From contig NMRA01000596.1 in NCBI GenBank assembly GCA_002633005.1, forward strand, positions 192,998 through 245,376: DNA of 52,379 nucleotides. The letters run 5' to 3'. Shown here piece by piece: positions 1 to 11,479 of this stretch; position 1 is the first letter of the stretch, and every line of letters starts with the position of its first letter. Below the pieces are notes generated by a model. That model had not been told where the DNA came from. It searched no databases and worked only from the letters and a program-made list of their open reading frames with translations. The position numbers were made by a program, and so were the translations under genes. Source of the DNA: Phoronis australis. Lineage: Eukaryota; Animalia; Phoronida.

Positions 1-556
1 ACTGAAGCACTTTTCAACAAACTACTAAGAGACTCAACAACATCCTTGTTTGCTTTTCATGCCGTGACCGGGTTTGTCACCAACTCGTACTTTGCCAATC
101 ACATGAAACTATCATCATGGAAGGTGTTCCTAGAGCATCACAGATTGCTTAAGAACCCCTGCATTGAGCAAATTACGATGGCTTCAGAAGTATTTGTCTG
201 CAGTATATACAACACGACCTGTAGATGTAGCACGCCATTTACTATTCTCCAACCCCGTGAACCCAGAAGTCCTTCCCCCTCACCCATAATGCTCGCCGTT
301 TCCATCTGATGAGAGTGCACTATCAGGTCAAGGTATGGCGAAATGATCATTGTTCCATACCTGAGCTCCCAGCACCTTCTGATATGGGGGGACACACACT
401 AACTTATGCTTGCAGTCCATACTAATGACACAGAGTTCTATCCCAGACAGGTGCCTAGAGATGGTATTGCGTGCATGCCAGAAACAACGCAACAGTAGAC
501 AATGCATATCATTATGCTCATGCCAGCAGCACATTCCTTGTATGCAAACAGTTTGA
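1..556 (+). mobile_element. Decayed C-terminal part of an AcademX-like transposase (XPG/FEN1-like region plus Cys-rich finger)
   Basis: Frameshifted pieces LFAFHAVTG..NSYF..K..SWKVF, FHLMRVHYQVKVW...PELPAPSDMG and IPDRCLEMV..CQKQ...C..LCSC* resemble the HALTGCDT / RAHYQxxxW / Cys-rich layout of these proteins. Confidence 0.6.
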
Positions 557-677
557 TTTGCCTGGCTTTAGGCATGTTAAAAAGTACAAAAAAGTGAATG
601 CTAAAACTGTGTTTAGCAGGCCTGAAAATAATTCATGCAAATGAGAATTTAATGTCTTCAATAACAATAACTATATT

Positions 678-880
678 NTCCCATATCATGAACGTACGAT
701 TCACTGTTGAAAAGCATCGCCTCTTGTCTCTGTCGACGCGTTTTCAAATAGTGCTAAAACACTCATCGATTCCACCAGGAACGTCGTTTAGCGACAGTGT
801 ATTTGCCTCTGACATCTCGTTCGAATGTCGGGTATCACGTGACTTTTCGCATAGGGGCGGAGCTTGCGATAGGTCAATTC
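678..880 (-). mobile_element. Terminal fragment of a DNA transposon with end AATTGACCTATCGC
   Basis: Close reverse complement of 38457-38660; ends GCGATAGGTCAATT. Confidence 0.75.
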
Positions 881-1101
881 CTGTTGGAATTGGGGAAAAT
901 GGCACGGCCGTGAATGTACACCTCGACTTCGGGTTTCCGACATGACCCATATCCTAACACTGGGTCAATAAGGACAACGTACTTTCTTACCACTGGGACG
1001 TAGAGTAGGGGAGTTTCATACCTGTGTAATACGGCGCGGCACTATTGTAGGTGGCCTACTTGCAATAAGACCATCCCTGATTAGACGGCGACAGAACTTA
1101 C

Positions 1102-1285
1102 CTTTGCCCAGGAGATAAGAAAGTGCTTGCCCTTGTTTTGGATATAAGGCACATTTTCGTGTCTTTCGTTGATGTCAAGAAGTCTACGAATTTAATTCAC
1201 GCATACATGGGTATTTGTCCAGTTTATCAAACTTTCTCACGTTGGAGTGGCAGCCCACAGCACAGCAGTAGTATTTCATTGGCAT
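1102..1285 (-). pseudogene. THAP-like N-terminal relic of a DNA transposase
   Basis: MPMKYYCCAVGCHSN fits the C-x-V-x-GC-x-N THAP start and is followed by stops. Minus-strand donor aag|gtaagt at 1101. Confidence 0.45.
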
Positions 1286-1554
1286 TGGAAGGACGAACAA
1301 AATAATGCAACCGAAAAACATGTAAAGAATTAGACAACAACAAATAATTTGTGAAACCTCAGTGGCATGAAAACGAGGCAGCAAATGTTCCTGGCGGATG
1401 TTTACGGTATTGTGGGTAAATACAGCGAGATTCGAGTGTCGCTGTGTACATGTTATCCGGGACAGATTTAATAGTATTGACGCCATCTATCGATAGCGTA
1501 AATGTTTGTCGCTTTCCTGCACTTCAATTGAAGTTAACATTCTGTATTGCCTAG

Positions 1555-1627
1555 GATGTTATGCATGTTTTCTACAACGATGAAAAGCCTGACAATGAAT
1601 GGACTGTGACGTTTGGCCATTCAAAAG
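1555..1627 (+). CDS. DNASE2: DNase II family nuclease, internal coding exon with first HxK motif (earlier exons lie upstream of the window)
   Basis: Acceptor tgcctag| at 1553-1554 and donor g|gtaggt at 1628. Translates DVMHVFYNDEKPDNEWTVTFGHSKG, matching the DNase II YND..P...GHTKG motif. Not in the ORF track. Confidence 0.9.
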
Positions 1628-2049
1628 GTAGGTGGATATGGTAGTGTGGTTCCACAATACAAAATAGAAGTGATGTAAATAAAACCACTCGGGGGCCATA
1701 ACGTGTATAATTACCCTCTCATGCAGAACGGGCAACTGATGAAGGTGGAAAATTAAAAATTATGGGAATTATGGTACACTAGTAAAGTTGGATCGTCCGT
1801 AGAACATATGTGCTGGTTACTTGTTTATGTTTGTTGACTCCTTGAGATTTAAATTGACTAAAAAATCTGCTGGCTCATTTATATTTCGTGGTGTATACTT
1901 CAGAAATGACATATTTTGATTGTCTATTATCTCCAAAATAAAGGCGTTTGGGGAATTGGGCACTACAATGACATACAATTCTTCATTACTTTGTAACTGG
2001 TGTTTGCATAGTTCCAAAATGTAAGTTCCTAAAATTGACTTGCTGATAA

Positions 2050-2099
2050 TAGCAGCAGCAGCATCAGCAGTAGTAGTAGTAGTAGTAGTAGTAGTAGTC
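2050..2099 (+). repeat. Compound (AGC)n/(AGT)n microsatellite
   Basis: Directly visible agcagcagca...gtagtagtag run. Confidence 0.95.
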
Positions 2100-2418
2100 G
2101 GTGAGCATTAACAATGAAACAATTAGTCAAGCTTCAATTTTATTGATTCTCACTAATACTGTTGAGACCCTGCAAAGCGTGGTAAAGTATATTGCCGATT
2201 CTTCAATAGGCCCAAGGGTCTATGTTTGTATTTTTTCTACGTATCGGCCCATAAGATCCGTACATTTGCTTCAGAGTGCTGGTCCGACAGTCTGCCTAGT
2301 GATCGGTTAGTCTGTTAACACTGATAGATTATTTTATTTTCAACCCTTTAGCTCTGTTTACGCGATTGTAGTCTGAACTTGCTCATGTCTATGAAGTCTT
2401 CAATTCTTTTGTCAACAG

Positions 2419-2574
2419 GTGACGTCTGCTTCGACAAGAAATCTGGATTCTGGTTGGTACATAGTCTTCCACGGTTCCCGCCATTCGGGCAGTACAGTTA
2501 CCCCCCATCAGGCAAAGTATACGGGCAGACGTTTCTGTGCATGAGTTTATCATACGATCAGCTTGATGAGATAG
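2419..2574 (+). CDS. DNASE2: DNase II exon (GFWLVHSLPRFPP...YGQTFLC), ending at a GC donor
   Basis: Acceptor tcaacag| at 2417-2418, phase 1 continuing from the previous exon. GFWLVHSxPxFPP and GQxFLC are DNase II signatures. Ends ATA G|GCAAGT. Confidence 0.92.
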
Positions 2575-2744
2575 GCAAGTGGTGTTCAGTTAGTCTCATG
2601 TCTTCAGTCTAAAGCCCTGTTGTTGAGAGGTACAGTGTACAAGTAGAACCATTGATGTGGTGCATTGTGAATGCGTGAAAATTGTCAAAATGTGACTTCC
2701 CCTTGTCGGGAAAGGGTCTCTGATTCTACTAGTGTGTGCCATTG

Positions 2745-3138
2745 TATACCCACGTGATCAAGGTTTCATTGTTTCATACTTTCTTTGTTGCGTTAATCCA
2801 GATCGACACAGCAGGGTGGCTCAGATACTTTAAACCTAGTTTTACTAAACCGGCTCCATGCGCGCACCCAGCCTCCAGTTTGGGAGGGCTCGAACTTCTC
2901 ACCAAGTGGACCTTTTGCTAACAAAAAAGCTGGAGGACTAAAAAAACCGGGTACCACCTTCAGTACTGTAAACTGCGCGTCTGCGCCTTTTTAGTGGACT
3001 TTTGTCTCGTTTTCTCGGACTTTTTGTTTTCTGAGGCAGACCTTTTTGCCCACTTCGCCAAATGGGGGGGGGGGCTCATTCGAGACCAGGTTTTAGTCTT
3101 AAGTCTGGTTTTGGTAAACCACATTTATGAAATCGGCT
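2745..3138 (-). mobile_element. Fragment of the Harbinger-like family at 15950-16918
   Basis: Ends AAACCACATTTATGAAATCGG. The reverse complement aligns to 15950-16350 but lacks the nested MITE. Confidence 0.65.
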
Positions 3139-3314
3139 TGAAGTGTTTACGCCTGCCAAAGCTGATCGTGCCCGACCCTGGTGAGCAAATCTCGGATTAC
3201 TCATCTCAGGAGGAAAACGTGGCATTGAAATGAAGAATGGTTTCATGTGTTTGGTACAATGGACCCGGTTGGGTGGTCTGAACATGTCTGGTGCCATGTT
3301 TATGAGAACACAGG

Positions 3315-3461
3315 CAGTGGCGGATTTAGGGTGTGGGGGTCCAAGGGGGCCATGCCCCCGGCCTAAAACTCTCAGAATCCATTTGGCAGTTAGTTCGGGG
3401 GTGCGAATGTCTGACTGGAAAATATTTGCTAAATACTGTGCCCTGCCNTGGATCCGCCTCT
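3315..3461 (+). mobile_element. MITE with CAGTGGCGGAT...GGATCCGCC ends (hAT-like); related ends at 4553-4648, 28268-28315, 30510-30526, 36376-36672, 39150-39341, 41765-41819
   Basis: Recurrent terminal motif followed by G-rich and C-rich subterminal tracts; no clear TSD identified. Confidence 0.6.
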
Positions 3462-3753
3462 TACCTGTGCTCTTTCAATATGTGAAATAGGCAGGAAGAG
3501 TTCACCTTATCAATTTTGTGATGCATGATTTACGTTTTTGCACAGTGGCTGGAGAAGGTTCAACTTTCCCTTTACCTAATTTTATGACTATTGCTCAATT
3601 CAGTACTGAGATTTTCTTGCAAAATTGAATGGAACATTTTCTGGGCAGTTGGTATATAGTTCCCCTGATTCGTAATTTCATTCTGACGTATCAGGAACGG
3701 TTACCATTCATTGATTGGTTCATTGGAGAAAAGTTCTTCTGCTGCCATTACAG

Positions 3754-3954
3754 GAAGACAAATGCTGTACTCTTATCCATGGGTTTACGACTATAACTTC
3801 CCGTCTGCATTCAAGTCGGACAATCCAAACATGGCTGCCGTCCTGGAGCAGAAGAAGCACGTGCCTTCGCCTCCGTGGAATGACACTGCTGAGTTCATCA
3901 CGCTCAAAGGCCAGACATTTATCAGCTTGGCTAAGTTCAACACATTCGGAGCAG
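3754..3954 (+). CDS. DNASE2: DNase II exon (GRQMLYSYPWVY...FISLAKFNTFGA)
   Basis: Acceptor ttacag| at 3752-3753 and donor g|gtttgt at 3955. Resembles mammalian GKQLTYTYPWVY...FQSFAK; phases are compatible on both sides. Confidence 0.92.
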
Positions 3955-4339
3955 GTTTGTATTGTGTTTGCTATAGAGTTAGGACTTTTTAGCTAAAATT
4001 GAGTATATATATCAAGAAAACCATCATTGCATGGATTACAAAAGGTCTTCATAGCTGCATAGTTCTAACACGGAATACATGTAAATAAAGAAGTGCAACA
4101 CAGAGATGGGGAAAGCTTTATCTTCTAAAACGTTTTGGAATCGAAGCAGGTTTGTGTTGTGTGTTGTATGGAGTTAGCAAAGGAGTCAGGTCGGTTTGGC
4201 TAAACTTGAGTGCATATCAGGGAAACCGTCAGTCGACTGTAAAGGTTCCATAAGCGCTGTGAAACAGTCCTAACAGTGCAGAAATAAAACGGTACCACAG
4301 AGACGTGGCGAAAGTTTTAGGTTCAAAAACGTTTTGAAA
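3946..4339 (+). repeat. Diverged ~195-bp tandem duplication including the DNase II splice donor
   Basis: tcggagcaggtttgt...aaaacgttttggaa (3946-4140) versus tcgaagcaggtttgt...aaaacgttttgaaa (4141-4339). Confidence 0.75.
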
Positions 4340-4919
4340 CAACGTGATAGTCCCACAAAAGCACGCACATTTGACTTGCCGAAAAATATCTCATATGTAA
4401 ATGATGATGGACGAAAATAAACACGTTCTCTCACCCAGGTGCTTGTTTTATATTGGAATTAAGACCATTTTGGGCTCTATGTTCTATCAACACCAAACTT
4501 TGAGACTTATTCCAGTTACCGGTTTAAAGGCGAATTCTATTCCTTCCTGGACCTCTGGCGGATAAAGAGGGGGCCAAGGGGGCCGAACGTCTGACGGGCA
4601 AAATCCTGTTTAATACTCTGCCCCCCCCCCNACTGGATTCGCCCATGTTGACCAAATAGAAGTAATTTGTCGGATTTAGGAAGAACTGAAAGCTGGTTAA
4701 ATATTGCTCAAAACGAGGCTCAGACGCTAAATGACTAGCCGAGCATGTCAAAGTATTCTGTTGTGTGGTAATATGTATGTAAAATCCTCATCTCCCGCAG
4801 CTCAACATTCTGAGTTATATTATTTATTCTTATTTTTTATGTCATGTTGCAGAACTCGTATTATTTGTCGTGTTTGTTTTAACTTCACATTGAAGACATT
4901 TGTACATGTATGTTATTAA

Positions 4920-6015
4920 GAGTTCCCACCATGTATTTTCTCTCTTTTTAAGTTTTCAGTTAGTAATATGAAATAAATACCACAAATTCTAATAAACACT
5001 TTTTAAGCCAAATAGTCTAGATTTTTTTAATTTTGAAAAACATTTAGTTATTTCCAAATTTCCCGCCAAATGATGTTATGGGTGGAAGACGTTGGTCACT
5101 TGACAATCAAATGTAATATCGGAACGCAGCAGAGGACGATATTCAGCGAGAACTGGACAACTATTAATCAGAGAGGAGAACAGATACGGGCAGCACCGTC
5201 AACTACTTGAAAAATTAGACAATGAGTTCGATTTTCCACTCAGAGAATTTTCGTCGGAATCGAGGCAGTATGAACTCGTGCCACTTGCACACGAAATGCC
5301 ACAGACATAGCTGAACAGCAACCAAATGAAAGAGGAAGTGGCCAATAATCACAAAATAGTCACTTGATATCACTGAAAAGGGGCCACAGCAAACCTATGT
5401 CACTCGAATTCACTATTGACATGACGGAATGAGCACGGTGTAACCACAATGCCCAAGCCTACGTGTCTAGCACCCGATCTGGGCCGAGGTCGAGAGCCTG
5501 GCATCACTTACACTAGGGTGGAAGCCGTTTGTTCGTTATTTATAAAATTTGCAAATACACTTACAAGGTGACGAGTCCTTAATCGAAACACCGCTTTTGT
5601 GTTTGATCGAAACACGATTCGTTGACTGAATATGCCAAACAAGATGTGGCTCCTGACCGAGTCACATGTTCCACACCGACATGCCACATTGTTGTACGAC
5701 ATACAAAACGATGCAATTTCTGTGCAACTTTCACGTATTTAGGAAAGTTGAACACAGAAACGTTCTCCATCAAGTTCCTATTACTATAGCCTTCACAAGC
5801 GCTCCTTTTCATATCTGAAAAAGGCGACTTTCTGCGGACGTTTTTTACAATCCTTCAGTATTGCACTGGTAAAATCAACAACGGCCGAGACGGTCTTAAA
5901 CTAATTACGTACAACCCAGCAAAAAATTATTTATTTAAAATTTTCGGCTATTAAATCTCCTGAGGTGTATTAATGAAAGTATTTTTGAGACACAGGGTCA
6001 TGGTGGGAACTCACT
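4920..6015 (-). mobile_element. Non-autonomous Kolobok-like DNA transposon with a THAP relic
   Basis: 14-bp perfect TIR GAGTTCCCACCATG (4920-4933) / CATGGTGGGAACTC (5999-6012), with TTAA at left and TTAC at right. Minus-strand THAP-like remnant ACEGYSN...SVFNFPK...HRFV (5579-5812). Confidence 0.65.
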
Positions 6016-6069
6016 TTACATTGTGGACTTCCGTTCCGTGGATTACAGTAAATTTTAAAGCTTTTTTGC

Positions 6070-6870
6070 ACATGGCTGTATTTCTGTAACACTTCGCAGG
6101 ATCCTTAGTAAATTTAGCAAGTACATTTATAAGAATTTGACAATGAACGACGACAACATTCGAACGGATCTGACTACCGGTGTGGCACCTACTGGCATTT
6201 TAGTATTTTACCATTACCTCTATATCTTCAAAGGTCCTTGATGGATTTTCATAAAATTCGGAATATAGGCATTTATTGAATAGCTGACACTATTCTTTTG
6301 TTTTCGGATTGAATCCAGGTATTTTGCACCACCTAATGGTCATTTTTGCTGTTTTCGATTCTGTCCCTCTATCAACCAAACCATTCTTAGAATGATCATG
6401 AAAATTGGCATGCGTGTTCGTAGTGTGAAGAGGATGGTTGACGATGATTTTCCGACGATACTGACTGCTGTGGCGCCTCCTGGAGGCAGTTTTGTTTCTC
6501 TTTGCGCTTATAGCTCTATTTGCTAAACCTACCTGTACTGCAGGATATTTATTAAATTTAGCAAGTGTATTTATATGAAGTTGACAACGGACGAGGATGA
6601 CTTTCAGATGAATCCGGCACACGCTGTGCCCTCTAGTGGCAATTTCGTTTGTTTCTGTTTTCCTTTGCTTCTCTGGAGTTCCTTGACAGATTTTTACGAA
6701 ATTTGGTATAGAGCTTTCTATTAAAGACGCCGTGGCATGTTCCTGTTTTCGGATAGATTCGATGTATTTTGCAGCATTTAGTGGCCATTTTATGATGCAA
6801 ATATACACTCCCATAAGCACATCGTTAGCGATGCGTTCGTGAGCGCATTTCAACGCTCCGCGTTGCTCTT
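6070..6870 (+). mobile_element. Helentron/HINE-like non-autonomous element, 5' part not evident
   Basis: Internal diverged repeats containing cctctagtggc; 3' hairpin CAACGCTCCGCGTTG followed by CTCTT, same as the end at 48219-48240. Confidence 0.7.
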
Positions 6871-7423
6871 ATTTCAATTGGTTGCCGGGATTGTTTGAGA
6901 TTATGGTTTTGTACTTGCCGGCTTCGGTCGTGTATCAGTTGAACATCTGCTAACCTGTCAAAAAACGCGACCTTTGAGTTATTGAAAGGTTCAATAAACT
7001 GTTCATGTTTGTCACTACAGCATCAAAACTCACCAATGAGTTATGAGCGACGATAACCTAATTGTTGACATTGGGCTGCTAAATGCGCTGTTTATGTGTA
7101 CGGAAATCAAGTCAACGAGGCTCGGTTACTATACACAATGGTTCACTGTGGCGCCTCCTGGAGGCAGTTTGACTTTCAGATGAATCCTCTAGAAATTGTG
7201 TTAAGAGATAGCAATGGTTACGACGCGTCATTTTCAAAAAATCTGGAAATGGAATTGTTTGAAATGAACGGAAACGGTATTGAACTTGATTTGTTTTGGC
7301 TTGTACTTTAGGTGTTCTTGTTATTAGGGACTGCATGGCTAAGGCGTCAAATTTGTGTTATGGTCTTGGAAATCTCTGTGGGTTCTTTTCTCCCGCATCT
7401 TAACCTTTACGTCTATCTTGTAG

Positions 7424-7533
7424 ACATCTACAGTGAATTTGTGGCCCCCTCTCTGCAGACCGATCTTCAAACAGAAACATGGCAGAACGACAACGGAAGC
7501 CTCAAACCTTACTGTGCGTGTAAGGGGTTTAAG
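7424..7533 (+). CDS. DNASE2: DNase II exon (DIYSEFVAPSLQTDLQTETWQ...CKGFK)
   Basis: Acceptor cttgtag| at 7422-7423 and donor aag|gtacgc at 7534. DxY..xAxxL...ETW pattern of DNase II. Confidence 0.9.
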
Positions 7534-7627
7534 GTACGCAAAGTTACTGCGCAGTACTACTATAGCAGTTCTTCTTTTGCTGAAATGAGATATAATCGAC
7601 GAGTCTGTTGCATAAAAAGCAGCTTAA

Positions 7628-9290
7628 AGGAGAACGCCACCCGATTCAGGCCCTAATTAGTATTTTATACCGTCTGAATCGGTGTATATACACATTGCCT
7701 CTTATACGGTCGACCTCACCGTGCCGAGAGGTGTCTCGTTAACCTGTGAGGAAGGTGAGAAACGACACAGCGACGTCAGTGGTTCGTCTGCAGAGTGAAT
7801 GCCGCAATATCGGGGTGCATCGTTCCCGCTTGTGCGAACTATGAGGATGCGAAGAAAGCGGGTATATCGTTTTTTCGACTTCCTCGAGAGCCCGAAATGC
7901 TTAGGAAGTGGCTCGCGGTAGTGAAGAATGAAAGGTACGCTGTTAATAACAAGTATGAGGCCGTGAAACATCTTCGTGTCTGTGGCCGGCATTTCATCGA
8001 CAGTGATTTCTGTAACGAATTCCGGCTTACCAAAGAATTATCCATACGTTCCGTTGCCTGTGCATGTTCACGGCACCTCTCTAGTATTTCTTGATCAGTG
8101 TATTCCGGTTCGAATTGATAGCCTGTGAAACCTAACGATCCGATTCGTGAAGTCGGTCGGATGAGCTCTTGACTAACTAAGTCGGGACTTGGCGCCGGGC
8201 GAGTTGCCATGTTTGGGTTCTGTTTCAAAATGAAGTATTCTCATCCTAACCAATGCTTATATAAAACTGAAACAAAGTCTATCTCATTAGATACAATTTC
8301 TAATGCCTTTGCAGTATTCGTGAGTGCAAATGTTGAGAAGCCAGTAATGAATAAACCACTGCGTTACCGGCTTTTGATGCCGGCAATAAAGGGGCACCAA
8401 GGCCGTGTGAGCGCATGTTAATTCAGTGTTTGTTGACGATTTTGTATCTAAGGTCACATGTTAGGGGAATCATTATTCAGAAATACAAATACATTATTCA
8501 AATCATTGTTACTGTACAACCTTTGCCCTGACGGTCTGTGGAAGGGGAACCCGAATTCGCGGCCCCCGACAAGTAAGTAGATTTTCAGTTTCGTGGCTAA
8601 TTCCCATTATTTCTTTGGCTCATTATTACAGTCTTTTTGTGATTGGAGGTTTACAACTCAAGCTGGTTTATGTTCGTGCCAGTCCCGGCGGCCGCGACGG
8701 GTCTGATCGGGTTCCGAGCCACTGGCCGCCGGGGATAACGAGTCAGACGGTCCGGCCGCGACGGGCCTGATCGGGTTCTGAGCCACTGGTCGGGATAACA
8801 AACATTTTTATGTGTTAAGAACTCAAGAAATCGTAAGTCTAAACAACACAGTTGTTGGCCTCCTGTCTGTATTTCACGAAAGAATACTTCGAATTTATCT
8901 CCGAACAGACCCCAAACTCCTGCTATGGACCTTGGTAAATTGGCCTGCCGAACTTTGTAGGCTACGGTGTGTCCAAATACCGATAAATCCGTAAGAGCGA
9001 AATAAAACAACACGTTTTTATAAGAACTCGGTGTATTTTTAAGGATTTTACGCCGAAGTTTGATTATTTATTGGTGTTAAACCATGAATTCAAGCGATAA
9101 CCTGACACCAGTAACCCGTGTTGTGAACTGCTGAACAGACTGCGCGTGAAATCAATTACGCCATTAGACAATTTCAACACCTCCGTCAGCCGTCAGGTGT
9201 CAGGTAACACAACCGAACGTACCGTTAACGTGTAGAACTACTCGATCTAAATTGATACAAAACGAGTTGTTTTTTGGGTGGCATTCTTCT
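7628..9290 (+). mobile_element. Kolobok-like DNA transposon (TTAA TSD) with convergent THAP and second-ORF relics
   Basis: TTAA at 7624-7627 and 9291-9294. TIR AGGAGAACGCCACCC / GGGTGGCATTCTTCT (13/15 match). THAP CIVPAC...FFRLP...W...VCGRHF on + (7799-8010); GYQFEPEYTDQEI on -. Confidence 0.75.
8688..8800 (+). repeat. Two-copy GC-rich tandem repeat inside the Kolobok-like element
   Basis: cggccgcgacgggyctgatcgggttcygagccactgg occurs twice. Confidence 0.85.
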
Positions 9291-10151
9291 TTAAGACTTA
9301 AGTCAGAAATGTGTTCTTTCGCTCCATACAATTATTTCAGAAATAAAATTAACTCTAACTTAAGCAAAAGTCCTAAGTCTCTTGGAATATGCAGCTTTAC
9401 ACATAACTTCTAATTACTCAGGTAATATCTGTATTTCATATTTCTAGACCGCGGTGCGCTCATAATTACCCGCATTCTTACTTTAGATATATGAGAACAA
9501 TTGATACTAAAATGTTTACTCACATTGCAGTCCATTTTTAAGTATGAGCTTTGCAGAAGCAAAATCAGCCCTTGCTACTAGGATTTGCCATTCGGTTAAC
9601 TAAGGAAGAAAGGTAATATATTCCTAAATGAGCAGTCCAATCTCCAGTGTGTAGTCCTCTTGACTTTGCTTCGAAGCATATGAAGTGCATGCAGTGATTT
9701 TCCGAATGACAATAAAATGTAGTGTTGTTGATCCACCCTAGAAAGTTCATTGTATTCCAATTAAATAAATTAACATTGTGATAGGTTGGTTGGTCTAGTT
9801 ACAAAATTGAATTTCTAGCACCTGAGAGGCGCCACGCCTCCTTTAAAGGCAAGAGATGGTAGTCCCCGCCAAACTTCGGTACCATCTTCCCTTTGAGGGA
9901 TGCTTGGTGCCTTCGAGATTCTTGGAATACAGTTTTGTACTAAATAGTTCAGTATAGCACATTTAATTCGAATACTACCTAAATGATATCAATAATACGT
10001 CAGATTTGATCACTTTGTATCAGTTTTACATCAGTTATTACATGGGATATGAGTCTTTGGAAAATTGGATAAGTTAATGTCATGCACAGCCTATCTGCAG
10101 TCTCAGGCGTAAAGAACGTCCGTAAACAGGCGTGTGTCCGGTGCTTTTTAG

Positions 10152-10277
10152 GTAGAGAACATTCTCAACCTGTCCTTTCCGAAGAAGATATCATTCCCTA
10201 ACACATTCGATCATTCCAAATGGGCAGTGTCCAGTGACGGGAAAGACTGGACATGCATTGCAGATATTAACAGAGAG
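10152..10277 (+). CDS. DNASE2: DNase II exon with second catalytic HxK motif (DHSKWAVS...WTCIADINRE)
   Basis: Acceptor tttttag| at 10150-10151 and donor gag|gtttgt at 10278. DHSKW and WxCxxDxNR are diagnostic. Not in the ORF track. Confidence 0.93.
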
Positions 10278-10529
10278 GTTTGTGGCATAGATAGAATGAA
10301 CTAATGCAATGCAATTTAAAATCACTTAAAACATTTCAGTGATTGATGACTGCCAGTTGTATAGTGTTGCTCTTTTGTTCAATTTTAGGGTTCTTGGCCC
10401 TGTTTCCCGGTATCTACATTCACAGTCCCTACGTTGTCCCGACCCTTTAATTCCCCCTCCACCTATGTTTTCCCAGGCCCTATCAATATTTGCTATCGGA
10501 AGTCAATTTCATTATCACTTCATCATTTA

Positions 10530-11470
10530 CTTTAGATCCCAATCTTAAATTTAATATGCACATAGATCATATCACAAAGAAATTATCTAAGAAAATCGGT
10601 GTACTTAAACGTCTAGGCAAATTTCTTAATGTCAGTACTCTTAAGACCCTTTACCATTCTATTATTCAGCCTCATATTGATTATTGTTTACCGGTTTGGG
10701 GGCACACTAGTGACACACTTGTCAGCAAAGTCCAAGTAATCCAAAACAGAGCGGCCAGGGCTATCCTGGGTACTAAAATTAGGGACACTAGGGTTGACGA
10801 CTTGTATTCCAAGCTGGGATTTATGAAAATAAGACAAAGAAATAAATATCTCTCTGCCTGTTGTATGTACAGATGTATCAATGGCTTGGCTCCAGCATAC
10901 ATGTACATGTATCTCAGCAGTAAATTCAATAGCAGCCAGGCTGTATATTCTACACGTTCTTCTGTTGTTGGCAATGTTTATTGTAAAAAAATTAAAACCG
11001 AGACGGGCAAGAGATCTTTTATCTATGCAGCTGCTATAATATGGAATTCTTTTATCCCAGAAATTAAACGGTCCAATTCAATTACTACCTTTAAAGTAAA
11101 TATTAAAAAGTGGCTGTAATTTACTTGACCTTTTATACCCTGCCTGTCATAATCATGTCATTTTTTTCATTGCCGTAAATACTCTCACTGTCTAGAATCA
11201 TCTCTTAATTTATTTCATCTGTCTTAGTTAAATTTTTACCATTATTTGTCATTTAGTTATTGTCTTAATTCTCAACCTGTTTTAATTCATGATTGTACCT
11301 TTGTTACGTATATTTCATTGTTGTTTTATTACTTCATTGTATTATACATGTATTACTGTTTTTTTTTTTGTTGAGGGCCCTCTTGGAAACCAGTGCTATC
11401 ACTGAAGAGGCCACCCTCATTTTAAATATCACAATAATAAATAAATCAATAAATAAATAAATAAATAATA
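10530..11470 (+). mobile_element. 5'-truncated CR1/L2-clade LINE (RT C-terminus, 3'UTR, (AAAT)n tail)
   Basis: ORF 10490-11119 reads HIDHITKK...LYHSIIQPHIDYCLPVWG...QNRAARAI...WNS, followed by a 3' end gagggccctcttggaa...gaagaggccaccctc and a TAAA-repeat tail. Confidence 0.88.
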
Positions 11471-11479
11471 TCAAGCCGA

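Noticed and set aside
6290-6853. 187-aa minus-strand ORF
   Set aside because: It lies entirely within a HINE-like repeat and has no protein motif.
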